A stretch of 25,849 nt of DNA from a virus (IMGVR_UViG_3300028146_000009:1-25849); one strand, 5' to 3'. Counted from the stretch's first letter, positions 14,676 through 23,600 are shown. The notes: a model not told the origin generated them from the sequence alone. Translations and numbers: made by a program.

Positions 14676-16191
14676 AGAACTTCTTTATGGAAAATCTAAA
14701 ATAAATCGAATCGTAAGCCTGGAGGTTAATGATAATGAAATTGAAATCTTCATTCGTGATGAAAATGGTGATCTTCAAAAACAATATACAACTACTCGCC
14801 ATTGGATTCTAACAAATGATCCAAAATCTCAATGGAAAAAATTAAAAGGAAACAATTATTACCAATATGGATGCCAGTTTGAATGCCGCCGAGAATTTGA
14901 AAAAAAGCGAAGAGATTTAAAAAAAGCTGGTAAAGACATTTATTCCATTTATGATCCAAAAGAAAGTTCAATGGTTCTAAAAGGAATTTGCTATTACAAA
15001 GATCTAAAGCCCTCAGATTTAGCAATTCTTTCATTCGATTTAGAAACTACCGGACTTTTTCATAATAAAGATAGTAAAGTTTTATTAATTTCTAATACTT
15101 TTAGAGATTCAAAGGGGCAAATCATAAAAAAACTATTCTGCTACGACGAATTTCCATGCCAAGAAACAATGCTGCTTGCCTGGTGTGACTGGATTATGAG
15201 AATGGATCCCGATATTATTACGGGGCATAATATAAATAGTTTTGATTTTAGGTATTTAAATTTTATAGCAGATGGGCTTCCATTAAAATTAGGCCGCGAT
15301 AATTCTCCCCTTGAAATTACTCATTATGAATCCAAATTCCGCAAAGACGGGTCCCAAGATCTTCCTTATAATAAATGCAAAATTTATGGCAGGGAGATTG
15401 TGGATACGATGTTCCTCGCATATAAATATGACTTCGCTAGAAATTATCCAAGTTATGGATTAAAACCAATTATTGCTTATGAAAAACTAGAAAAACCCGG
15501 CAGAACTTTTTACGATGCTTCAAAAATCAGGGAAAATTATAAAAATCCTATAGAATGGGAAAAAATTAAGGAATATGCAAAAGATGATGCCGATGATTCT
15601 TTAGCACTTTTTGACCTTATGGCCCCAGCTCAATTTTACCTAGCCCGCAGCATACCTAAATCTTTCCAAGCAATTACTGAAAGTGCAACTGGTAGTCAAT
15701 TAAATTCATTTTTAGTTCGGTCTTATTTACAAAATGGACATTCAATCCCTAAAGCTTCTCAATTAGATAAGGTAAAAGGGGGAATTTCCTTTGGAATCCC
15801 TGGAATCTATTCAAATGTTATTAAAATCGATTTAAAATCTGCTTATCCAAGTCAAATCCTCAGATTCAAACTATTCGATCCTGAGAAAGATCCTGAAGGT
15901 AATTTTTATAAAATGGTCCATCATTTCACATATGAACGATTTGATCTAAAAGCGCAATATAAGGCCACTGGCGATAAATATTTCTCCGACCGGGAGCAAG
16001 CATCGAAAATTGTAATAAATAGCGCCTACGGGCTTATGAACACTCCAGGACTAAATTTTAATAATAGTTCAATTGCAAATAAAATCACAGAAGAAACTAG
16101 ACAAACTATAGAAATGGCATTACAATGGGCTTCAGGTAAAGGAATGGATTTTTATAAGCAATATATGAAAGAAGAGGAAATTGATGTATAA
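14668..16191 (+). CDS. polB: family B DNA polymerase, N-terminal part (3'-5' exonuclease, motifs A and B)
   Basis: ExoI SFDLETTG, ExoII GHNINSFD, ExoIII YAKDDADD, motif A IDLKSAYPS, motif B KIVINSAYG; no motif C. Confidence 0.93.
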   Translation: MNEELLYGKSKINRIVSLEVNDNEIEIFIRDENGDLQKQYTTTRHWILTNDPKSQWKKLKGNNYYQYGCQFECRREFEKKRRDLKKAGKDIYSIYDPKESSMVLKGICYYKDLKPSDLAILSFDLETTGLFHNKDSKVLLISNTFRDSKGQIIKKLFCYDEFPCQETMLLAWCDWIMRMDPDIITGHNINSFDFRYLNFIADGLPLKLGRDNSPLEITHYESKFRKDGSQDLPYNKCKIYGREIVDTMFLAYKYDFARNYPSYGLKPIIAYEKLEKPGRTFYDASKIRENYKNPIEWEKIKEYAKDDADDSLALFDLMAPAQFYLARSIPKSFQAITESATGSQLNSFLVRSYLQNGHSIPKASQLDKVKGGISFGIPGIYSNVIKIDLKSAYPSQILRFKLFDPEKDPEGNFYKMVHHFTYERFDLKAQYKATGDKYFSDREQASKIVINSAYGLMNTPGLNFNNSSIANKITEETRQTIEMALQWASGKGMDFYKQYMKEEEIDV

Positions 16192-16321
16192 TGTATATAT
16201 TACTTACAATAAAAAATATAATCCTACTAAATGGACTATTAATTCCTATAAAGAAGTTTTACAACAAATATTAAATTTAAATAGATATCCAGTAAAATCA
16301 ATAAAAATTGTTAAAAAATGA
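16184..16321 (+). CDS. 45-aa basic mini-protein between the two polB halves (not in ORF track)
   Basis: GAGGA RBS; MYNVYITYNKKYNPTKWTINSYKEVLQQILNLNRYPVKSIKIVKK*; overlaps both polB ORFs. Confidence 0.6.
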   Translation: MYNVYITYNKKYNPTKWTINSYKEVLQQILNLNRYPVKSIKIVKK

Positions 16322-17025
16322 TTTATAATTTCCAAATTTGCAATACAGATACCGATTCAATCAGTTTTTGTACTGAAAATCAAAAATACATTGTAAAAAG
16401 AGCCCGAGAAGAGTTAGTGAAAGAAATTAATGAAATTAGCCCGGAATTTATGGAATGGGCCGATGATGGTTATTATAAAAAATTTATTATCCTAAAAGCT
16501 AAAAACTATATAACCCAAGATGAAGATGGAAAAGTAAAATACAAAGGTTCCGGCCTCAAATCATCCAAACTTGAACCTGCTCTCAAAGAATTCCTGTATA
16601 AAATCATCGATTCCATTTTAAATGAAACCTACAATTATTCTGAAATCTATCAAGAATATGTGAACGAAATTCTAAATTTAAAAGATATAAAACGTTGGGT
16701 GAGTAAAAAAACAATCTCAAATAAAACTATGACTTCTGAACGATCCAATGAGACTAAAATAAAATATGCAATTCAGGGAAAAGAATATGTGGAAGGGGAC
16801 AAAGTATCAACTTATTTTAAAAAAGATGGAAGTTTAAGTCTTATTGAAGATTATAAAAACGATCACGATCCAGAACAACTTCTAGGACGATTATACTCGG
16901 TTTCAAAAATATTTACTGGAAAAGACCAAAAAACACATGGAATTATTCCAAAAGAGACTTTTTTAAACTATTCATTAAAAAAGAACTTTAAATTACTTCA
17001 GGAATTTGGTAATATAAAGAAATGA
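16318..17025 (+). CDS. polB: family B DNA polymerase, C-terminal part (motif C palm and thumb)
   Basis: NTDTDSISF (motif C), KAKNYI, VKYKGS. Confidence 0.92.
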   Translation: MIYNFQICNTDTDSISFCTENQKYIVKRAREELVKEINEISPEFMEWADDGYYKKFIILKAKNYITQDEDGKVKYKGSGLKSSKLEPALKEFLYKIIDSILNETYNYSEIYQEYVNEILNLKDIKRWVSKKTISNKTMTSERSNETKIKYAIQGKEYVEGDKVSTYFKKDGSLSLIEDYKNDHDPEQLLGRLYSVSKIFTGKDQKTHGIIPKETFLNYSLKKNFKLLQEFGNIKK

Positions 17026-17237
17026 CTTTTTGTAAATATTGTGGTGATGAAATTAGAAGTACTGGAGGTTGTATGAAAATCAATTGTCAGCAAATTTCCA
17101 TGGGAATAACAAATCAGACGCAATATAATCAAAATCCTCATAGAACTTGTAATTGTCATCAATGTACTTGGCTTAGAGCTTCACAAATAGATAGAGAACT
17201 AGTTAAACTGAAAATTTTAGGTAATGATGGAGAATAA
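17022..17237 (+). CDS. Cys-rich hypothetical protein
   Basis: CKYCG...C...C and CNCHQC. Confidence 0.65.
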   Translation: MTFCKYCGDEIRSTGGCMKINCQQISMGITNQTQYNQNPHRTCNCHQCTWLRASQIDRELVKLKILGNDGE

Positions 17238-17374
17238 TAAAAATTGCAAAACATGATTGGATTTGTAAAGTTCCACCATTTAAATTTCCTAGAAAATGTG
17301 TAAAATGTGGTCTAAGAGAATTAGCAACTGAAGAAAATGAATTAGAACTTGCTGAAGGTTATGATGAAATATGA
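17227..17374 (+). pseudogene. small CxHxW...CxxC protein broken by one extra A
   Basis: MENNKNCK then, after skipping one A of AAAA 17248-51, HDWICKVPPFKFPRKCVKCGLRE...YDEI*. Confidence 0.5.
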
Positions 17375-18440
17375 TTTAAGTGAATTCGAAAAACTAGTAG
17401 GATCTAGCCACCTAAGAAAGGCTGAAACTGAAGACTTGGTCCTTTATACTTATACCGAATTAACTACTTATGAAAAGTATTGGAATGATTTCACAAGAAA
17501 CTCAAGAGGTTTAATTCTAGAAAAATCTACAGGCCAAGTTGTTGCAAAACCTTTTCCTAAATTTTTCAATCTGGGAGAAATGCCTGAAACCCAACTTCCT
17601 AATCTTCCAAATGAAGCATATAAAGTTTATGAAAAGGTTGACGGATCTTTAGGAATTATTTATTTTCATAAAGGATGGAAAATTGCAACTAGAGGATCTT
17701 TCTCCAGCCCACAGGCTTTAAAAGCCACTGAATTGCTAAAAAAATACGAATTATACTATTTAAGAACCGATTGCACTTTTTTGGTCGAAATTATCTATCC
17801 AGATAATAAAATCGTCGTTAATTATAAAGGTGAAGAAAAATTAGTATTTCTGGGTGGTTATGAAAATGACACCGGAAAAGAATTAATATTCGAAGAATGC
17901 CCGATTAATGGAATGGAATCAGCAAAATCTTACAATTATACAATAAATGAAATGATTGAGTTGCAAAAAACTTTATCAAAGGATCAAGAAGGATTCGTTG
18001 TAAGATTTGAATCTGGGCTTCGATTAAAAATTAAAGGTAAAGAGTATTTAAAAATTCATAAAATTATTTCAAATTTAAGTCCTATAAGTTTCTGGGAAAC
18101 AATGATCGAAGGAAAAGTTCCAAAAGAATACCTCGTTCAAATTCCAGAAGAATTTAAAAAAGACTTTGAATCAATTGTAGAAACTTTAGAAAATAATTAT
18201 GAAATAGTTCAATCAGAATTAATGCAAGATTTTGAAAAACTTCCAATTACCCAAGATAATGATTGTAGAAAACAAATTGGATTATTTCTAAAAACGGATC
18301 ATGATCTAAAGCACCCAGATGGAATGTTCCCGTTTTATTTGGGAAATCATAAAGCTGTAAATAGTTATATAATGAAAAGAATTCGACCACATGGAAATAA
18401 TTTAGAATTAAAGAATCAATCGGACTTCCAATTAGAATGA
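17361..18440 (+). CDS. RNA ligase, T4 Rnl1-like nucleotidyltransferase (ATG start revised from TTG 17349)
   Basis: RGLILE...AKPFPKFFN, motif I EKVDGS, ATRGSF, LVEIIYP, EGFVV, RLKIK. Confidence 0.9.
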   Translation: MMKYDLSEFEKLVGSSHLRKAETEDLVLYTYTELTTYEKYWNDFTRNSRGLILEKSTGQVVAKPFPKFFNLGEMPETQLPNLPNEAYKVYEKVDGSLGIIYFHKGWKIATRGSFSSPQALKATELLKKYELYYLRTDCTFLVEIIYPDNKIVVNYKGEEKLVFLGGYENDTGKELIFEECPINGMESAKSYNYTINEMIELQKTLSKDQEGFVVRFESGLRLKIKGKEYLKIHKIISNLSPISFWETMIEGKVPKEYLVQIPEEFKKDFESIVETLENNYEIVQSELMQDFEKLPITQDNDCRKQIGLFLKTDHDLKHPDGMFPFYLGNHKAVNSYIMKRIRPHGNNLELKNQSDFQLE

Positions 18441-18613
18441 ATAAAATAACTGACCATAATTGTGCTTGGAAAAGTCAAGAAAAATATAATGATATATTTA
18501 ATAAACAATTTTATAAAATAAATACTTATATGTGTGATTTTTTTAAAAAACAAAAAACATATGATTCTCAGGTATATAAATATCCATTTAAAACTTTTAA
18601 AAAGGACGTCTAA
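18437..18613 (+). CDS. hypothetical protein, 58 aa (not in ORF track)
   Basis: ATGA and TAATG overlaps; MNKITDHNCAWKSQEKY...FKKDV*. Confidence 0.6.
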   Translation: MNKITDHNCAWKSQEKYNDIFNKQFYKINTYMCDFFKKQKTYDSQVYKYPFKTFKKDV

Positions 18614-19590
18614 TGGCCGAACATTTTAAAGTGAAATTAATAACTGATTTATCAAAAATTGATAAAACTTTCACATTTCCAACTTCAGATTTCGCGACTT
18701 TAACTCCCGATGGAAAATTTATTCAACTGGAATATGTTGAAGAAGATACAAAAGTTGAACCCTATAAAGTTCGACCGGGGATCTGGGCTATTCAAAAAAC
18801 AATGCAAGGTCTCAAGCTTTTTGAAACCTCTTTCATTGAAGATAAAGTTTTAGAAGAATTCGCACAAACTAAAGATGTGCTGGATAAAATTGACTGCTTT
18901 TTTAATCGATTGCATATTTATAAAAAACGAAATATTGAAGTTCCCATCCGCCGCATGTTACTATATGGCCCCGCAGGGACTGGAAAAACAACCATACTTT
19001 CAGTTTCATCTCGAAAATATGTAAAAGATAATGAAACTGCTGTAATTCTCTGGCATACTGATAAATTTGAATCCTACCAAGTAAAGGATTTTATTAAAGC
19101 TTTTGATTATACGGAAGTTAAGAAACTTATTTTAATTGTGGAAGATATTGGAGGGGTTGAGCAAAAAGAAGTAAACAGACCTTCAGATTCAAGCCTTCTT
19201 TCCCTTTTAGACAATCAAGAAAAGACCTTTAAAATCCCCACAATGATTATTGCGACCACAAATCATCCTGAAACGTTCCTAGGGAACCTTATGAATAGGC
19301 CTGGAAGGTTCTCAGACAAGATTGAGGTCACTTTTCCGGGGTCCAAGGCACGTCAAGCCCTTTTAGCATTTTTCGCGCAAGGTGAGACCATTACGGACGA
19401 ATTAAACACTCTTATTGGATCTGAGAAATGTAAGGAATTCACAGTAGATCATTTAAAGGAAATATTCCTACGATCTGATCTTTATGGGAGAACCCCCCTA
19501 GAAGTAACCCATGAATTATTAGCTGAAATTAAAAAGTATGAAAATGCATTCTCAGGAAAAAATACTCGTATGGGATTTGCAATTGATTAA
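18613..19590 (+). CDS. AAA+ ATPase (classical clade, Bcs1-like Walker B)
   Basis: YGPAGTGKTT, LIVEDI, ATTNHP (sensor 1), RPGRF (SRH). Confidence 0.9.
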   Translation: MAEHFKVKLITDLSKIDKTFTFPTSDFATLTPDGKFIQLEYVEEDTKVEPYKVRPGIWAIQKTMQGLKLFETSFIEDKVLEEFAQTKDVLDKIDCFFNRLHIYKKRNIEVPIRRMLLYGPAGTGKTTILSVSSRKYVKDNETAVILWHTDKFESYQVKDFIKAFDYTEVKKLILIVEDIGGVEQKEVNRPSDSSLLSLLDNQEKTFKIPTMIIATTNHPETFLGNLMNRPGRFSDKIEVTFPGSKARQALLAFFAQGETITDELNTLIGSEKCKEFTVDHLKEIFLRSDLYGRTPLEVTHELLAEIKKYENAFSGKNTRMGFAID

Positions 19591-19783
19591 ATTAAATCAT
19601 GAAGAAGCGCAAGCTTTTAATAAAAAATTTAATCGTAGAAGCTGGAAAATTGTTGAAGAAGATGATTATCGAATGAATGATCATGATTTTAGATTTCAGG
19701 GATTTGAATTTTTAATAAATGAACAAAGAGATCAAATTCAGCCTTATTCCTGCCGGGCAGATTTAGTGGATTTTAATGATTAA
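19583..19783 (+). CDS. hypothetical protein (probable TTG start, revised from 19538)
   Basis: GGGA upstream; removes the long overlap with the AAA+ gene. Confidence 0.5.
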   Translation: MIKLNHEEAQAFNKKFNRRSWKIVEEDDYRMNDHDFRFQGFEFLINEQRDQIQPYSCRADLVDFND

Positions 19784-19985
19784 ATTAAATGAATATAAAG
19801 ATTCTAAAGCAATAAAAGAAACTCAGCGAGAAACGGTGAAGATTATTGAAAAATTAACTAATTGTATAGAATCATTGAAAGATTATTCAAAACATATTAA
19901 TATAATGGAATCTATTAGCATTTTACATAATTCTAGAACCCTTTTTGAAATAAAGTTAGATAAATTAAAAAAGGAAGAAAAGTGA
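19776..19985 (+). CDS. hypothetical helical protein
   Basis: 69-aa ORF in operon context. Confidence 0.65.
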   Translation: MIKLNEYKDSKAIKETQRETVKIIEKLTNCIESLKDYSKHINIMESISILHNSRTLFEIKLDKLKKEEK

Positions 19986-20218
19986 ACTATTGGCGTCAAT
20001 TAAATAAAAAGCAATTTTGGCTAAGCCGCCATCAAGTACAAATACCAAATGGAAAAAAAGTTCAATATACTTGTAGATGTGGAAAAAATAAAGGTATTTT
20101 AATTGGAAAATACTACTATATTATGTTTTGTAATTGCGAACCAGATGGATTTTTAGTAAAAACATTTAATGGTGAGATTAATGATTATAATATTCATACG
20201 ATAGGTTTATTAAAATGA
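19982..20218 (+). CDS. Cys-containing hypothetical protein
   Basis: CRCG...CNC; GTGA overlap, AAGGA upstream. Confidence 0.6.
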   Translation: MNYWRQLNKKQFWLSRHQVQIPNGKKVQYTCRCGKNKGILIGKYYYIMFCNCEPDGFLVKTFNGEINDYNIHTIGLLK

Positions 20219-20394
20219 AAAGAAGTGAAATGGTTGATGAAATTCACCAATATTTGTGGAGTAATTTTCCTACTATTGAAGCATCTGATATTTTAGATAT
20301 TATTGAAAGAAAAGGAATGCTTCCTCCATCAAGAATATTTAAATCAATTCCGTGGGGATTTCAAATGGAATGGGAACCTGAAGATGAAAATTAA
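20215..20394 (+). CDS. hypothetical protein, 59 aa (not in ORF track)
   Basis: ATGA overlap; MKRSEMVDEIHQYLW...KGMLPP...WEPEDEN*. Confidence 0.65.
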   Translation: MKRSEMVDEIHQYLWSNFPTIEASDILDIIERKGMLPPSRIFKSIPWGFQMEWEPEDEN

Positions 20395-20692
20395 TTGGAC
20401 TAAATTAGCAGCCCGCATTCCTAAAAAACTTAAAGCGGGTAAAAATACGTTTGAAATTCAATGGGTTTCCAAATTTCCTGATGATAAAGATCAAATTGGT
20501 GAATCAGATTATAATAATAGAGTTATAAAGTTAATAAAAGGACGAACTTCAAAACAAACAGTTCATACGTATATTCATGAATGTATTCATATATTTTCGG
20601 ATGAATTTAAATTAAAAATAAGTGAAAAACAAACTGAAGGATTGGAAAAAACCTTGCAATTCTGGCTAACTAGTGGTAATATATTCAAATGA
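20384..20692 (+). CDS. HExxH zincin-like metallopeptidase-fold protein (start revised from 20303)
   Basis: GESDYNNRVIKL...HTYIHECIH. Confidence 0.75.
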   Translation: MKINWTKLAARIPKKLKAGKNTFEIQWVSKFPDDKDQIGESDYNNRVIKLIKGRTSKQTVHTYIHECIHIFSDEFKLKISEKQTEGLEKTLQFWLTSGNIFK

Positions 20693-21486
20693 GACCTGAT
20701 AAGGAATCTGGTAATATTTTAAATAAATATATTGAATTAGCAAAAAAATTGGGTAAATTTCCAACTCGAACTGAATTTGAACCAATTGTAAGTGAAAGAC
20801 AGTATAGAAAACATTTTAAAACTTTAACTAATTTAAAAAATTTAGTACTTAAAAATTGCCCAGAATTTGGGGGACTTCCGGAAATAGTTAAAACTCCTAA
20901 AATTTTAATATTTGACATTGAAACTGCTCCAATTTTAGCACATGTTTGGGGACTTTTTGATCAAAATGTGGGTTTAAATCAAATTGAAACCGATTGGCAC
21001 GTTTTAAGCTGGTCCGCAAAATGGCTAGGAGATCCACCATCAAAAGTTATGTATCAAGATCAAAGAAATGCTAAAGATGTAACTAATGATAAAAAAATTC
21101 TAGAGTCTATTAGAGATTTATTGGATGAAGCAGATTTAGTTGTAACTCAAAATGGAATTAAGTTTGATTCTAAAAAATTAAATGCCCGCTTTTTATTTCA
21201 TGAAATTCCATCTCCCAGCAGTTATAGGCACCGAGACACTTTAAGAATGGCCAAAAGACATTTTAATTTTACAAGTTATAAATTAGAATATATGACTGAT
21301 AAATTTTGCAAAAAGTATAAGAAATTAAAGCATAAAAAATTCCCAGGCCATGAATTATGGAAGGAATGTTTAAAAGGAAATAAAGAGGCCTGGAATGAAA
21401 TGTCAAAATATAATAAACATGACGTTTTAGCGACTGAAGAACTTTATAATGTTTTAAAACAATGGGATTTTAGAAAATATTCATGA
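20689..21486 (+). CDS. DEDD/RNase H-like 3'-5' exonuclease with an N-terminal small helical domain
   Basis: IFDIETAP, VTQNGIKFD, DTLRMAK, KYNKHDVLATEELY. Confidence 0.85.
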   Translation: MRPDKESGNILNKYIELAKKLGKFPTRTEFEPIVSERQYRKHFKTLTNLKNLVLKNCPEFGGLPEIVKTPKILIFDIETAPILAHVWGLFDQNVGLNQIETDWHVLSWSAKWLGDPPSKVMYQDQRNAKDVTNDKKILESIRDLLDEADLVVTQNGIKFDSKKLNARFLFHEIPSPSSYRHRDTLRMAKRHFNFTSYKLEYMTDKFCKKYKKLKHKKFPGHELWKECLKGNKEAWNEMSKYNKHDVLATEELYNVLKQWDFRKYS

Positions 21487-21725
21487 AAAAATATAGAAAT
21501 ACTTGGAATTCAAATAACTCTGATTCAGTAAATGAAATTGAAGATTTGAAAAATCGTTTAAAATTTGCTAATAATAAAATTAAAGATATGACCGATTTTA
21601 TAGAATCTTATTTAAAATCTCAACCAACCGATGCCAATGGAAATTATGATAAAATAAATAATTTTCAAGCTTACGAAGCAAAGCAATTACTAGATTTTTA
21701 TAAATATGGTGAAACGGATAAATGA
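21483..21725 (+). CDS. hypothetical protein
   Basis: ATGA overlap; coiled coil. Confidence 0.6.
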   Translation: MKKYRNTWNSNNSDSVNEIEDLKNRLKFANNKIKDMTDFIESYLKSQPTDANGNYDKINNFQAYEAKQLLDFYKYGETDK

Positions 21726-22606
21726 AAAAAACTGAAAAAGAAGAAATTAAAGATGAAACTGTTTATAAACCACTTCAGTATGTAAATATGCCAGAAGTGT
21801 TTCAAAATGCTGCGGGTGTTCCAGGAATTCCCCTTGGATATTCTAGTATGATTTATGGGCTTTCCGACTCAGGGAAGACTGAAATTCTTCTTAAAGTTGC
21901 AAAAGAAGCAATCGCCCAAGATATAAAACCTTATTTAATAATTACTGAAAATAAAATGGATCGAGCCCGGCTTGAAGATTTTGGACTTAAAAATGGTGAA
22001 AATTGCGTAATTGAAGAACAAACTAAAACATTAGAAGCTGTTTATAATTATATTTCAATGCGAGTTCAAGATATTATAAAAGGTCGTATAAAACAAAATG
22101 TCATAGTTTTATGGGATTCTTGGGCCGGAACTTATGCCGAAGGAACTTTTTCTGTCGATGAAGAAACGGGAGAAATTACACAAAAATTTAGTGTTATGAA
22201 AAATGCCCAGGTAGGCGGACTTTATAATCCAATAGTAATGGAAAGAATTTCAAGAACTAGAGAAATTACATGTGATTATTCTTTAGGACTTCTAACTTTA
22301 AATCAAGCCTATACTGCGCCTGCAATTCCCCCAGCTACAATCCCTTCAACAGTTCCTAATGGGGGAAATAAAATCTGGTTCCCTTTAGGGCTTTCTCTTT
22401 CAATTCGAGAAGGTCAAAGATACGAAACAACTAAAGATAAAAAGAAATATAGAGTTGGATTAGTTGCAAAATTAAAAGTTGAAAAAAATCATATAAATGG
22501 AATTTATTCTGAAGGAGAAATTTTACTAGCTGGATCTGAAATGCTAGAAAATACTGAGAAAAATATTAAAGAAATTAAGGAAAAGTTTAAAAATGTCATT
22601 ATTTAA
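21722..22606 (+). CDS. RecA/UvsX-like recombinase
   Basis: GIPLG, Walker A YGLSDSGKT, TENK (catalytic Glu region), VLWDSW, TLNQ, GGNKIWF, KVEKNH. Confidence 0.85.
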   Translation: MKKTEKEEIKDETVYKPLQYVNMPEVFQNAAGVPGIPLGYSSMIYGLSDSGKTEILLKVAKEAIAQDIKPYLIITENKMDRARLEDFGLKNGENCVIEEQTKTLEAVYNYISMRVQDIIKGRIKQNVIVLWDSWAGTYAEGTFSVDEETGEITQKFSVMKNAQVGGLYNPIVMERISRTREITCDYSLGLLTLNQAYTAPAIPPATIPSTVPNGGNKIWFPLGLSLSIREGQRYETTKDKKKYRVGLVAKLKVEKNHINGIYSEGEILLAGSEMLENTEKNIKEIKEKFKNVII

Positions 22607-22988
22607 AACTCCAATTTATTCAGAAGAAGATTTAGAAATATTAAAAAAGCAAGCTAAGGAAAATGCAAAATTAATAGGTAGATTTTTTAAACCTGAGGAT
22701 TTTTTACAAGAAAATCCTACTGAATTTGCATTCAATGTTCCTCAAAGAGAACTTATTGCTAAAATTGCTAATATGAAAATAGTTCAAAATTTCGAACCCA
22801 ATGATTATCAAGATATTGATGAAGAATTACAAAAAGAAATTAATCTTTATGTTTTAGTGGATTCTAGTGGATATATATGCTATACTGGATATTCAGAAGA
22901 ATTAGTTAAATCTTATAAAGAATCTAATGGTTTTAATGATAAAACTGTTATAAAATTAACCGGCTTTTTGCCAGAAAAGGAAAAATAA
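22593..22988 (+). CDS. hypothetical protein
   Basis: 131-aa ORF in operon context. Confidence 0.7.
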   Translation: MSLFKTPIYSEEDLEILKKQAKENAKLIGRFFKPEDFLQENPTEFAFNVPQRELIAKIANMKIVQNFEPNDYQDIDEELQKEINLYVLVDSSGYICYTGYSEELVKSYKESNGFNDKTVIKLTGFLPEKEK

Positions 22989-22989
22989 A

Positions 22990-23196
22990 ATGTCTACAAC
23001 TCCCGCTTCTACCCAATATTATGCAGTCGAACATTCCCTTTTAGTTGAAGTTTTGAATCATTTAGCAAAAGATCCAGCAGCATCTTTGTATTCGAGATTG
23101 AGTCAAGCTCCGAAGGTAGTAACTCAAGAAGCACCCGCTGTAACTCCAGCAACTGAAACTAACACTCCAGCCCAAGGAACAACACCAGCTAATTAA
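22990..23196 (+). CDS. hypothetical protein with a Thr/Pro/Ala-rich tail
   Basis: 68 aa with low-complexity C-terminus. Confidence 0.65.
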   Translation: MSTTPASTQYYAVEHSLLVEVLNHLAKDPAASLYSRLSQAPKVVTQEAPAVTPATETNTPAQGTTPAN

Positions 23197-23207
23197 AAGG
23201 AATTTAA

Positions 23208-23600
23208 ATGTCCGGCATAAGGCACAATGAAGGAAAACCTCCAGTTAATTTAATTTTATCAAAAGCTTTATTAGAAGTTGCAAAAGTTGCTCAATTTGGC
23301 GCCCAAAAATATAACCCCCATAACTACCGTAAAGGAATGCGGTGGTCTTTTTTTATAGATTCAATGTTGAGGCATTTAATAAAGCGGGGGACCGGACAAA
23401 TTATTGATTTTGATGAAACCTGTGAGGGTTGTCAAAATAAAAATTGTAAAGATCATTCAGGATTAAAGCATACAAGTCATATCGCATGGAATGCTTTAGC
23501 ACTTTGTGAATTTGAAGTTGAAAAAATAGGAATTGATGATATTTTTGTCGGTTATAATAAAGAAAATGAAGAGCACTCAGAAAATGCGGCGGGAAGTTAA
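23208..23600 (+). CDS. dATP/dGTP diphosphohydrolase-like protein (DUF5664 family)
   Basis: GIRHNEGKP, AQFGAQKY..HNYRKG, DSMLRHL, SGLKHTSHIAWNALAL. Confidence 0.85.
   Translation: MSGIRHNEGKPPVNLILSKALLEVAKVAQFGAQKYNPHNYRKGMRWSFFIDSMLRHLIKRGTGQIIDFDETCEGCQNKNCKDHSGLKHTSHIAWNALALCEFEVEKIGIDDIFVGYNKENEEHSENAAGS

Noticed and set aside
16189-16320. Stop-codon readthrough, ribosomal bypass, group I intron or intein in polB
   Set aside because: Eight in-frame stops; the only matching GTA landing codon I found (16292) is out of frame and leads to a stop; the gap is 126 nt, very AT-rich and shows no obvious intron helices; no intein Cys/His-Asn ends.
4518-20383. Track start sites at 4518, 6932, 7682, 9604, 13492, 17349, 19538 and 20303 (also 3215)
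   Set aside because: Downstream starts have better RBSs and avoid long overlaps with neighbouring genes or RNA elements.
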